From NCBI GenBank assembly GCA_965153455.1, contig OZ234494.1, forward strand, positions 7,130,001 through 7,194,000: a DNA stretch of 64,000 nt. The letters run 5' to 3'. This DNA comes from Sphagnum compactum (taxonomy: Eukaryota). Within the stretch, counting starts at the first letter, position 1; each line of letters opens with the position of its first letter. Shown here piece by piece: positions 25,621 through 38,277 of this stretch. The notes under the pieces are model-generated. The model did no database searches, was not told the origin of the DNA, and was given only the letters and a program-made list of their open reading frames with translations. A program made the translations under genes and the position numbers.

Positions 25621-25733
25621 CTACCGACATAGTCCAATCCAGACCGTAAGATCCCTTGTTTTGTATCTTTGCCGTTGGATCTGAACAGAATTCCAACGCT
25701 TTAGATGTGACCGCGTCCGTGTGAAGATAAATG

Positions 25734-25858
25734 GGTGGGCCAATTTCATTAGTGCAAATTTTGGGCTGCCACTGGATAATGCTATAAAATGGGCCTCTGG
25801 ATTGGGCCTCTGGAAATGGCCTCTGGAAACAACATTGTGTGGAGAAGGCAACCCTAGT
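25734..25858. promoter_or_regulatory. Site II (TGGGCY) cluster with a telo-box-like motif
   Basis: TGGGCC/TGGGCT at ~25736, 25761, 25790 and 25803, tandem GGCCTCTGGA x3, and AACCCTAG at ~25850. Confidence 0.55.
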
Positions 25859-27997
25859 CCAACTGAGAATTTTACATCAAAATAAAACTTAATTAATATA
25901 ATTACCTTTTCCTTTTTTTATTCCCCCGAGCTAATGGCTGCACATGTGTAGATTTTGGGTGCACCCATCCAGTTGATGGGTTGTTTTGAAGTCTACCCAT
26001 CTACTTGATTGGGTTTCTTCTCAAAATATGAAAGTTGGGTAACCGATTTAATCATGCTTTGATATCAAAAAAAATTTGGGTTGTCACTTGCTTTTTTGTA
26101 TCATGAGGTTTCATATGACTATGAGATGTTTAAAAATATTCATGTGACTAATTTTTTTGATGAATTTTTTTTAAAAAACATACAAATGATTAGCTTCAAA
26201 AAAATTTAATCTTATTAAATTTTTTTATTTTTAAAATTTTGATTTGAAAGATTATGCAAGATAAAATAAAACATGTCAATTTACAAATAAATTGAATTTT
26301 TTTAATAATTTTTTTGAGATATAATTTTTAATTAATTTGAAATGATTTTTAAACTTCAATAAGGCTTTGATGAAGATTTAATAACAAATTCATAACGAAA
26401 TTCATTTTTTAATTGATTAATTTATTTGTATTGTTGTTGCCTTTAATGTTATGAATTTTAATTATTGCCCTAACTTTTACTAAGAATGTGTGGGGCAAAC
26501 ACAATTAATTTTCTTTTGGTACTGGACAAAGGACGGTTGAAAATGGAATTTTGGTAATGGACTTTCTGGTCCCAAACGGACGTAAAATTGTAAACAGTAA
26601 ACAGAAATGGAATTTGATAACATTTCTTTTTCAAAATTGATTTTAGAAAGAATTTATTTACCATTTGTGAAAGGTGTGTCAATGTCAAAATAAATTGATT
26701 GGGCAATTTGGGGTGGGGTGGAGGGGATATTCAAACATAAACATCAAATATATAATAAGCCTCTGGGCAATGGGAGGGTTAGGTTGAATTTTGTTGGAAC
26801 TATTGATGTAATAATCAAATTGGCACATGCCCTTAGGTATTATGGGTTTTATCTTTTATCATGATTTGATAGCTATGTGTTGAATTATGTTACATGGGTG
26901 TACATTTGAATCCAACAGAGGGTTTAGGGTGCCTTAAAAATTAATATCTTTCAAAAGCTTCTGAATGTGAATTGGTGGGCTAGTTTGAGTGACCTTGCAA
27001 AATCTCAAGTTTTAGTGGTTTCCACATTTTTATAAATGTGGGTTCATTGTTTATGTTGAAGTGATTATAGCCTCAATGGATCTGTGGATGATCTATATTA
27101 TCTTTGGGTGATATGTATATGATATGCATAGATGATCTAATTTCAAATTATGGAAAAGTAAGAGCTTTTGAACATGGAAGTAGATTTGTACACACCTTCT
27201 TTGTAAATATCCTCAATTGATGCAGATTCCAAGCTTAGGATTTACCTTGTATCACCCATTGTAGGAAGTGCTCACTGGTTCAAACACATAAGTAAGTATG
27301 TACATCTAAAAACTTAGGTAGGTAGGCATATGTACCTACCTATCTACCTAGTTAGGTACCTACTTACCTACTTATTAAAAAAATTAAAGTTCAAATGTTG
27401 TTATATACATTAACAAAAAAAATCATTGAAGTTCAAAGAAACATGTTAAATCCATTTGATATTATATTGTTTTACAAACTGGTGTGGAACCAAAAAGACC
27501 ATTATTTAATCCCCTTTACCAACATATATTATGTGGAGTATGTATATTTGTATATATACCTTGTACATGTGTAAATGTATAGTATTTATGTGGGTTATGG
27601 ATAGGTAGGTAGGAGGCCATGGTGGGTGGGTGTGTAATTATTATTTATTTATTACATTTGTTTATTTAAAAATTGAACTATTGAAAAAAATTGGTTGCTC
27701 AATTTTTTTTTCCAATAATCAAGAGGACCATTTTATGGTCAGTCAAAAAATCACCAATCAAATTGGACATGTTCAAATCGACTTTTGTAGTACGACTAAG
27801 TGGTCAAATTGACCAAATGTTAAAATGACTAGTTTTTGGTCTAATTTTATAGTCAAATAAACCATGATTTATTATAGTGTCACGCACCCACTCACCTACC
27901 TCCTATAACATACCTACCTATGTATCTCATAGTCTTGTACTAATGTGTCGAAATGGATATGTGAATTAATAAACTTGACAACATTTGAACACCTTTG

Positions 27998-28066
27998 ATG
28001 GTGTAGTCCATTAGTTAAGGATTTGGTTTATCATTGGGGAGGTCAAGAGTTCAATTCCTAATACTT
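27998..28066 (+). pseudogene. Degenerate tRNA-like sequence (tRNA-derived SINE head or pseudo-tRNA)
   Basis: GTAGTCCATTAGTTAAGGAT (A-box-like) and GAGTTCAATTCCT (B-box/T-loop-like) at tRNA-like spacing; resembles plant tRNA-Glu/Asp as recalled from memory; the stems are broken. Confidence 0.45.
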
Positions 28067-31000
28067 GTAACCTATGTACATGTTTAGGGGGCTAAAATAG
28101 ATAGGTTAAACTAAGTAAATTAAGTAGGTTACCTTAGGTTAGGTTAAGGTAAGTGAGGTAGGTAAGGTAGGTTACCACCCACCTACTTGCCTTTTTAAAA
28201 CCTACCTACCTACCTACAAAAAGATATTTTTGATAATAATTTTTTTAAAATTAAGATATGGGCATAAATTTGACCAATCAAATGGGTTTTTTTTCCTAGT
28301 CAAAAAAACCACCCCAATCACAGTAGACATGTTAGCATTGATTTGTCCAAAATGACAAGAGGTCTTTTTGACCCATGTCCAAATTTGGTCCCTTTGGTTT
28401 AAACTCAATGTATAATTTTATAATAATAATTGTAATAATTGTACATTGAGGTTACAACTAAGGTCCTTTTTATTATGATCATGCAGTTAGAGGTCACCTT
28501 GACGATGAAACATTAGAATGATGTAGGATTTGTTTTTGAGATTGGGGGTGGATCACTGGGTTGATGAAACCATTATGTGGTTTGGGTGGAAAACTTTAAT
28601 AATTTTTATTTTATTTTTGCCACAATTTGATGCCATTGGAATTTTTTTTAAACCATTTTTGCCTTCATGTCCATTTGTATGAACGTCTATTTCAAACATT
28701 TGAACTCCAAAATATTAATGTTAAAATTTAAATGTTCAAAGGTACTTATTTCCAAATTAAGGTACAAAGTAACAATCATTTTCATATTAAAATCTAGACT
28801 CTATACAAAATTTTAGATTGCAAATGATGATACAAATTAAAGATTAAGGAATGGGTGCAGTCACACTATCACGTACACAAGTAATTGTGACTAGTGCTTG
28901 GTTTTGTGTATTTAAGATTTTAGAAAAAAATAAAGAGCTCCAAATGGAATTATTTTCACATAATGTTATTTTCAATGTATGAGTATAAATACTTTAAAAG
29001 TTTAAAATCAATCTAATGAATGAAAAATATCCAAAAGCATTTCGAAAACATTGTAACTGGTGTTTTTAAGCAGTAAAAGGATTTGTAAATGAATTTGATT
29101 TTTTTTGAAAATGACATATTTGTAGCAATTTTTTAATGTAAAACATAACATAATAGTGTAATGATTTTATTTTTTTAATTCAAGATTTTTTTACATGCTT
29201 TTGTTCAAAAGATTCCAAGAATATCCTATAATAAACACCCAATAAGCAATCATCCAAGGGGGCGGGTCCGGTTCATGATATCCCATTTGCACCCAAATTA
29301 AAGATCAATTTTTTAGGTTTTAATAAAATGCATATATGTCCATTTTCATCTAATATAATTAAAACATTTAAGATTCTACATTTCAATGTTCTATCATCAT
29401 ACAATACATTCAAGGCCTCTACACATCATTTAATCAAAACATCTTGATTTCATCCCAACTTCATTTTGTCATCTGAATTTTCACAATACAATAGTTTTTA
29501 TGTTCTTGCCTTCAAGCTTGAACCTTACACTCACAATCCTCATCTTTCAACTTTTATTCACCAAATGTCTCTATACAACCTTCCCTCTCAATGGAGGAAT
29601 CAATCTACCATGTATATTTCAAATCTTTGTTTTTCACAGTTTAGAACAATGAGTCCCACATAAAACAATGTAATCAAACTACTTTGAACAAGTGTTCCAT
29701 GACACATCCTAAATTAAAAACTTGGAATTGTGGTTTCAATACATTCTAGCTATTTTTATATATTCAATGAAGTCATTTTCAAATAACACACAAATGTCCA
29801 TTGCATTAGCTCTTTTAGAACTCGTAGCTTTTTACACACAAGTTAGGAATTTTGTCTACATGCTTTTGTTTTTGGGTTTCTTCATTTCACATTTCTTTGC
29901 TTGTTTCCCTTTCAATCTTGTTGTCAACACGGTAAGCTTATCTTAAAGGTCTTCTAGGAGTTGTTTCATCACGATCACATGTGTTGCTATGCACATGGTA
30001 CATATTTTCCAAAATTATATTATCACTTCTTTCACATTCATTTATAGTTAATTATTTTTAGCTTTGTGGTGGAATGAAAAATTTGTCATGTTCTATTTAT
30101 GCACATTTCTCTTCACCATTGATATTCCCATCCTTGTGTTTTGAGCTTCTCAAAGTTTTCAATCTCGTATTCCTCGTCACCGAACACATTATCCATTTCT
30201 TTGTAATCTCAACTAATACATTGATGTATTGTTGCATAGATTAATGTCAAAAATGCAACTACCCTTCTTTTCATTTTAAGAACTAAGTTACACTTCCAAA
30301 TTAGTCCTTCTCTTCAAGTTAAAAACAAGATAATGCACTTCCTACGTTTTCCTTACCTCCTTCAATTCCAATCTTGTATAATTATGTGATGAAACTTGCA
30401 TTGTTTTGTGTCATCATTGTCATCGGTGGTTTGTTCTACAAATGTATTTAGGCAAGCTTAATTCTTTAACTGGTGACATTTTGTTATTGAAATTGTTATA
30501 GGAGTTGTGTGTGTGGTTTGGTGTGCTTTCATTTTTATCCATGAACTCTTTTGAAAGCCTTTCCAAATATGGCAGATTGGTCTATTCTTGCACCTCCCCA
30601 AGTCTTGTTATGTTTGGCATCAACGTGTCTTGTTTTTTGTTATAAACTAGGAGGTGTCACAATGTCTTTTATCATCTTCTAGGTCCACATGGTTTTCTAG
30701 CCAATTCTTGTGCGTCACGTCTTCAAGACCATAGGTTAATGTGTTTTCAATTCCCTATAAAATAATTCAACTACCTGTGGAAACATGTTTTATAGTTTTA
30801 ATTGGTTGGTTATGTTGGCCATGGATTATCTCAAGAACTTGTCACAAGCTGGCTAATTTTTTTGGAATAAACATATGAATTATTGTTGCATAAATTTTAT
30901 AGTCTTGCAACTTGTTGCTTGAAGCCCAATATCCAACTTCTAATTTGTACTTTGCATCTACCTTTGCCAACTCAATTTAATCTATAGGTGGATACAAGTT

Positions 31001-33899
31001 TAGGTCAATTAGAGTTTTGCAAGAATGTTGTTCGCTCCTTCTAGACATGGTTGGAATGTTTTCGTGATGTTGGCTTTGAAGAACTAAGATTGTAAAGTAT
31101 ATATGTTGCACATTGCTGATGCAAAACTTGTTTATACATATAAACCATATTATTTTGTCATTAATGAAATCATGGAGTGCATATGTGGGAGTGTGGCAAG
31201 AATAAGTAAGATTTTCTTTTGACATTTTACAAAAAAAAAAAAAGCTCAAATATGGAAAACTTTGATTCCTCTCTTTAAACCTCACAATTGTAAAACTCAA
31301 ATTGATGCACATGTCCAGCCATGTTTGGAAAATGTACAAGATTTTTTTGTTGTTGTTGGTGCCAAATTTGCCTGATGAAATTATTCACATTTTTGCAACT
31401 AATGGATTTGTAAGAAACCATTCGTACTTGTTTTTGGTAATTTAAGGGCATTGACAAAAATAATTCAAATTTTGGGCATAATAGACACAACATCCTTTTG
31501 ATACTTGGATTGGTACAAAAGGTATTTCAATCATGGGAAGAATAGTTACAAAGGTTAGAATAACCAAAAAATCCTTTTCCAAATCTAAAACCTACAAAAT
31601 CTTGTTGGAAATTTTAACAATATTCAAATATTTTAATATAATATAATATAACCTAATTTGCTCCTCGTCAAATAGTTACTCTATTTGTCATTGATGGCCA
31701 ATTGTGTAGTTTGGGCATTAATTGTTGGACCCCATTTGGTCTAGTTTTTTTGGGGATAGTTTAGTGCATGCATGTGGCCTAGACCACGTGGCAAGGGGAC
31801 AATTTGATAGAATATTCATATATGTCAAAAACATTCCTCCACGTTATAAATTTCTATTAGAGAATATTTTGTTTAACATGGATTGAATGTATTTGGAATA
31901 TATATATTTTGCTCATGTTCATGCTCACCTGTTTGAGAAATAACATCCCCCTTCTACTTGGAACTCTACATTTACCCTTTTTAACTTTTTATTTTTCACA
32001 AGTGGGTACAAGTTCAAATCTGAAAGAATTCAACAAAAAGTCATAGATTCTTTTTATACATCTTTACAAATGTTTAATGAGAAAAAAAACTCAAAATTGG
32101 ATAACTTTGATAACTCTTGTGAAAGCTCATAGAAACAAACCAAATGGTTTGTGATTATTGATCCATGTTTGCCAATTGCAATGTTTTATTATATAGTTGC
32201 ACTTTTTTTGGTGCCACATCAGTTTCTTACATTTATTCACACTTCAAAACTTGATGGATTTGTTCAAGTATAGTGATATTAGGACCAACACTTCATGGAT
32301 GTTCATAGAAGTCATTCAATATGTAGTCAAACTAATTACAAAATCCTATCATAAATCTAATGTGTGTAAAACAATTGTTTGTTAAAGGAGATTGTGAAAA
32401 TTTTATCAAATTTCAGGTCGCATCCCACTAAATTTTCTAGATTCATGCCACAAATTCTTGTCTTATGTTGTGCCCTATTTATGATGGCATGTGTCATTAG
32501 TCACTTTTAAGTAGTTAATTTAACATTAATAATTAATTTGGCAATTGGTAGCAACAATTGGAGCCAATTTAATTGTTCCAATCTGGAATCTACACCTGCC
32601 ACATTGACACAATCATGTGGAAAGGTCAATGACTTGGTAAAATATTCAGATATGTCAAAGAATATTTTCTCTATTAATAAAATTTGTCGAAGAATATACT
32701 TTAAAATAGGAATGGTATATATTTACAATATGTTTTCTTACCCACAATCATTTGCTCATGCTCACAAAATAAGAATCCTCAATTAAGTGGTACCACTAAA
32801 GACCGCCTTACCAAAACCATTAAATTTTTTTTGAACTTATTTAATTTCATGTAAAAGATATTTTTTAAAAAAAATTATTAACTACACCATGTGGGCTATC
32901 TTCCCCACCTATTCACACATGTATGAAAAATAATTAACATTTAATTAAACACTTGTACTATGTATTGAAAAATTAAGAAATTTGATTCTTAACCCCATTT
33001 TTAACCCTTTAGCTTCAAGTGTCCTTGCATGAGTGTAGTCGTGAATTAATATAAACCACCTTAGGTGTAATTAATCTTTTTTTGACATGTTCACAACCCT
33101 CATAAATTAAAAGATAATGTGTTGTATTGTAAAACACACATTTTAATATATTCATTAAACATTTGGATCAGTTTGAAAGTAGTCCAATGAATATAAAATA
33201 TCCCTTTGAAAGGTATTCATATTCATATTCATTGGACCTACCTTTCATAAGGCGCACTTGAGATAATTTTAAAAATTAAAAGTTCAAGAAAAAAATTGGA
33301 AAAATACAGTCCTTTTATGTTTTTGATTAAAGGAACTATGTTAAATTCTTGAAACTTTCTCATTATGCATTCATTTTTGACATCAAAATTTCAATGTTTG
33401 TTGATCTTGAAAGACTTGGGGATTGTACTCATGAAAATTTTCAAATGAAAAAGCTTTTCCTAAGTGTCCTTTAATGTTTTGAAATTTGATGAGTCTAACA
33501 ATCTAAGGGTGTGATGTTCCCTAGTACCACCCAATCATACTTGCCCCCTATAATTTGCAACTTTGTGTTATATCAATTTTAAAAACATCTAGCACACACA
33601 AACATCAAACATGCTCATTGATTAACATACAAAAGTACATGCTCAAATAAAAAATACTTTCACATCTACAAAGCATTCAAACAATTACAAACACAACAAA
33701 CATATGGGAACAAACAAAACACAATATTACAAGAACACACAAACATACAAACCAAAAGAAGTGTCAAACACACAAACAAAGAAAAATTACAAATAAGAAA
33801 AAGCAAGAGCCTTACCTAATAGCATCAAACAAAAACTTGAACCCTTGAAATTTTGATGCATTTGCACATAGTAGAGGAAGGAGGAAGTACTAGTCTAAA

Positions 33900-34420
33900 G
33901 GGGAAATATCCTTTTAAGCAAAAATGAAGCTAAGCAAGGATATGAGTGAAGCAAGAGCAAGTTAGAAAGTACTTGAACATAGTGATGGCAAGGCAACAAA
34001 CATGTACAAACAAAGTTGGAACAAACACAAGAGTGAAGATGAAACATGCAAAGGTTTGAAGTTGGAGAAGTGATGTAAGAACAAAATGCAAGAGCAAAGC
34101 TGAAAGATTGATGTAGGAATGAAACCAAAGAAGAGAAATAAAAGCAATTTAAGTTGGAATAGATGTAAGAGTGAAGTTGAAGGAGTGACACAAAAGCAAA
34201 TATGGGGTAGAAATGCATGAATGAAATCGAAATAAACACATAGGCAAAGTTGGAGTAAACACATGAGCAAAATTGGAGCAAACACACGAGCAAAATTAGG
34301 ACAGATGTAAAAGCAAAATAAGAGTAGAACCATAGCATTTACATGAATAAAGCTGAAGTAGTTGTAGGAATGAAGCAAGAGGGAAATTCAAGAAAAAGAA
34401 AGGTGCAAAGTAGGATTGAA
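33900..34420. repeat. Degenerate ~21-24-bp tandem array (GCAAAGTTGGAGCAAACACA-like) with strong purine skew
   Basis: Units such as caaagttggaacaaacacaag, gcaaagttggagtaaacacatga, gcaaaattggagcaaacacacga. Confidence 0.55.
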
Positions 34421-36699
34421 AAAAAAAATGTGAAACACATTGCACAAACCTACAAGCAAAGGGGAAATAAAGGAAAACAAACAAAGCAAAACAAGGAGGA
34501 ACTTCACAAAACAAAGAAACCTTCACCAAACAAGAGCTTCAAACCACAAATTGAGGAGAAATTTTCAAGCAATATAGCAAAGTGGGGCATAACTCTCACT
34601 TGAGCCCTTTTATCTTTATGGAGATGAATGCTCCATGCAACACATCTATTGCACAACATTGCCTTGAGCCCTAAGTTTTCTTTGGAAGCATTACCCTAAA
34701 ATCCTAGGAACCCTAGTCTAAAACCTAAAAACCTAGCCTAAGGACTTAGACCTAGACTTTACCTACCACCCTAGACCCTACTACTAACTAGCATAGACCC
34801 ATAGACTTGAGAACCAACTTGGGTATCCTCCATTATCCTATCCAAGAATCAATTTTCAAGGTTACCAATTTTCAATGTTCTCAAGGTGTCGATTCTCACT
34901 CTGATGAGAACCAGTGAAACAGATCTGAACCCAGGTATCACTAATGATGATACATGGCAGTTTTGGTGATGAGAACCGGCCTGGCTAGTCCTCACCCCAC
35001 TAGTGATACCCATGCAGCACTGGTGAGGACAGTCGCTCCTCATATTTCAAAAGGATGTTGAAATTGTTGGCATATTCCTTTATTGTTCTTTCAAGCTCTG
35101 TGTAGAAACAGGCTTGCACTGGTGGAAAAGTAGTGATACAGGGAGGATTTGCAGAAGACAGCTTCGTTTTACATATTTTATGGTTGAAACATTGATGGGG
35201 AGCAATGAAAGATGCTTTCTTTCTTCCTGCTCAGAATTTTTCTTGAGGGGAAAATGGGGAAGAAGTCTGCAAAATTATCTAAGAACTTGTGAAGAAGAGA
35301 AACCTCTAACAAAAATACAGAGCTGAACAGCAAATTATCCAGGCTGCTTTGCCAAAATCTGGAAACCTAAAAGATGAGCTTAGAGACACCATGGAAAAAC
35401 AGCCTGGAGAACCAAAAGACATATCAGTGTCTCTAAGTGTGATGAGAGAAAGCCAATATATGTCCTTCAGGGCATGATAAGGATCAAGAAAATTGGAGAG
35501 AATGAGTCCTGATCCTAGAGACAGCCTAAAACTTCCTGTCCCAACTCATTTCCTGTGAATCCATCTATCACCACATGGTAATTGCAGCTGTGTTAGTGGA
35601 TGCATTATAGTGGAACTTTCTGGAAAGCCACCATGGGACATTTAGACATTGCAGTCCTAGGGAATAAACCTATATTTACTGAGAATCAAGGCTCCAATGG
35701 AACCTCTGTGACGTCCATCTGTCGAGCTGCACTCTTGAATACCACAAAACTGAGAGACAAGGAATTTTCCAAGAGAAGCCCATCCTCATCCTTGATGAGG
35801 TCAAATTACTTCACTCCTGTTCATCCCCTTAGCAGCAACAAATTTCTGCCCTGCAACAGAAATCACTTTTTTGTTGGTTTGCAAAACACACACAAACCAC
35901 TACAGGAACAAAACAACAAAATTCATAACTCATGATACTATTGCACAGTGAAGAGATTCCAACAAAAAGAAATTTCTTGCTCTAGCTGGAAAAAGAGATC
36001 CACAGAAGAGAGACATGCACAGAGACATACCATTCTAGAACTACAACCAAGCCATTGCTGCTGCAGCCTGTTATAAGTTGACAATATCTGGATGGCACGT
36101 GGCACTGTTGCTAAATCTGCTTGGGCTTCAAAAGCTGCTTGAACATGCTTAAACAACAGATGAAATAATCTCAAGCATTAGTTCTAAGAGCAGGTGCTGC
36201 TTCCCAAACTCCATGGTATTTGCAGCTGCTGGCTAGCAAGAAGCCAAAGACTTGTCCAACGAAGGAATTGATAATGCTATGTTGCACCATCCATCCCACA
36301 ACCCTAAATACACAGCCAGTTTGGACAGATTCCTCCAGCAAGGTGTGCTAGTTTTCAGAATGTCACACATCTGTGACTAATACTGTAGATGACTTCCTAA
36401 GCACTCCAACCTTAGAACAAACCGGATAATTGATAAAGACCTAAACTGCAAAGTGTGAATCCATGCGGTGGAGCATAGACTGATCCTTGTGATTCCACCA
36501 CAAAAACCATCCCAAAAATCTCTATACATGCTGCATCTGACCTGCATCTCAAAATCTTCAACTATAAATCTCCTAAATCATATATTTCTTGGCTTCTTGA
36601 GCATGAGACTTTGGTCACAAAGGTGCTGTCAGCAGATACTGTCTACAGGGTGCCCTCAGATGCAACACTTTGATTCCTGTCATTAGTCCAGGTCTGTTA

Positions 36700-38277
36700 T
36701 CACTTTGAGTAATTGGGTGGGTTGATAGATCCATCTCGGAACAATTTTATGCTTAGACTGTTGAATCGATCCCTAGAGTATTGTCTAGAAGCTTTCCTCC
36801 AATCTGTACCTCTTCGCATCATAGCAGCAAACTCATCAAAGCTTATGCAACCATCCCTGTCAGTGTCCACTTCCTCTAAAATGGCATTGATCACACTCAT
36901 CCCATCAGACACCAAATGGTCACCTATAGCTGTCCTTAGCTCCTCCATCTCAATGTATCCACTACCATTTGCATCAAATTGGGCAAAAGCTTTATGCAAG
37001 AGGTCATCATTGTCTAGCCGTTGAAGGTGAATCGTTGCTGCAACAAACTCTCCATAGTCCAAAGTCCCATTTCCATCAACATCTGCGGCATCCATCAACA
37101 TTTGCACATCTGCCTCGGTCAGATGAGAACCGATCTGAATCAAGCCAGCTTTCAACTTCTCAAAAGTGATGGCACCACTGTTGTCTGTGTCCATCATCTG
37201 AAACATATCCCTCAAACCCTCTACTTCATCACCCTCCAGGTGTTCTGCAATTATCTGCAAGGCCTTCTTCTTCAGCTTGTTCATTGCTGCAAATTGCTTC
37301 AACTTTGACCTCACTGCATCAAGTGGAACATTGGAATTTCTTTTTGCATGCTGAAGCCAGGGATGGTCCAGAACCTGCTGTGCATTATATCGAGCTTTAG
37401 GATCTGGTTCCAGCATGTGTCTTACTAAAGCTTTTGCTGTGTCAGAAACCTTGGGCCAAGGTTCCCTCTTAAAATCTAGAATTCCTCTAAGAATCGCTTG
37501 TGCAACTCCTTGCTCCGTTTCAGCCCAGAATGGGGGAACGCCACAAAGCAAAATGTAAAGAATGACGCCAGCACTCCACACATCTACCTCAGGTCCATAG
37601 TTCCGCTTCAAGACCTCCGGTGCCATGTAGTAGGGGCTCCCAACAATCTCAGAAAACCGCTCTCCTGGCTTGAAAAAAATAGAAAGTCCGAAGTCAATGG
37701 CCTTTAGAGGAGAATTTTCACTCTTGTTTGCAAACAGAAAGTTCTCCGGCTTCAGGTCGCGGTGCATCACTCCTTTAATGTGACAAAGCTGTACGACCTC
37801 CATAATTGTGCGTGTCACTACAGCTGCAGCTCGCTCAGTGTAATGACCTCTTGCGATGATTCGGTCAAAAAGCTCACCACCTTCACAAAGCTCCATCACC
37901 AGATGGACAGCTTGATCATCTTCGTACGCACCTTTTAAAGTGACAATGTTACCATGATGTGGCAGGTGCCCCATGATGGCGACCTCACGTCGGATATCTT
38001 CAACATCTACAGCAGTCCTGAGCTTGCGTTTGGAGATAGACTTGCAAGCGTAAACCTCCTGAGTGTCCTTATCTACACACAAATAGGTGATGCCAAACTC
38101 TCCTCGGCCGAGCTCACTTCCCAAAGTAAACTTGTCTGCGATACCCACTTTCGGCTGGGTTTTCAGTATCTGGTTCCCAGACACCTGATATCCATCTTCC
38201 GAAAAAGGATTGGTTTTTCGCTCCTTCCTGGACTTCCTTCTGCTCGCTGCTGAAGATCCTACCCAACAGTTTCCCAT
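36700..38277 (-). CDS. CPK: Calcium-dependent protein kinase (CDPK/CPK, group III-like), 525 aa, intronless CDS
   Basis: Single ORF from MGNC (myristoylation/palmitoylation-type N-terminus); kinase motifs [27 protein letters not shown]; junction [15 protein letters not shown]; four EF-hand positions; C-terminal [12 protein letters not shown] is typical of the CPK7/8/10/13/30/32 group. Confidence 0.97.
   Translation of the reverse strand: MGNCWVGSSAASRRKSRKERKTNPFSEDGYQVSGNQILKTQPKVGIADKFTLGSELGRGEFGITYLCVDKDTQEVYACKSISKRKLRTAVDVEDIRREVAIMGHLPHHGNIVTLKGAYEDDQAVHLVMELCEGGELFDRIIARGHYTERAAAVVTRTIMEVVQLCHIKGVMHRDLKPENFLFANKSENSPLKAIDFGLSIFFKPGERFSEIVGSPYYMAPEVLKRNYGPEVDVWSAGVILYILLCGVPPFWAETEQGVAQAILRGILDFKREPWPKVSDTAKALVRHMLEPDPKARYNAQQVLDHPWLQHAKRNSNVPLDAVRSKLKQFAAMNKLKKKALQIIAEHLEGDEVEGLRDMFQMMDTDNSGAITFEKLKAGLIQIGSHLTEADVQMLMDAADVDGNGTLDYGEFVAATIHLQRLDNDDLLHKAFAQFDANGSGYIEMEELRTAIGDHLVSDGMSVINAILEEVDTDRDGCISFDEFAAMMRRGTDWRKASRQYSRDRFNSLSIKLFRDGSINPPNYSK

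Noticed and set aside
25140-25632. 150-156-aa ORFs rich in F/S/P/L
   Set aside because: Produced by the CT-rich tract; low complexity and open in several frames.
33895-34378. Two overlapping hydrophobic ORFs of 147 and 138 aa
   Set aside because: Artefacts of a purine-skewed tandem array that lacks stops on the pyrimidine strand.
34900-34922. CTGATGAG-AACCAGT-GAAAC resembles a hammerhead ribozyme core
   Set aside because: Stem II cannot pair properly, no stems I/III with a cleavage triplet were found, and GATGAGAACC recurs at ~34968 as part of a repeat motif.
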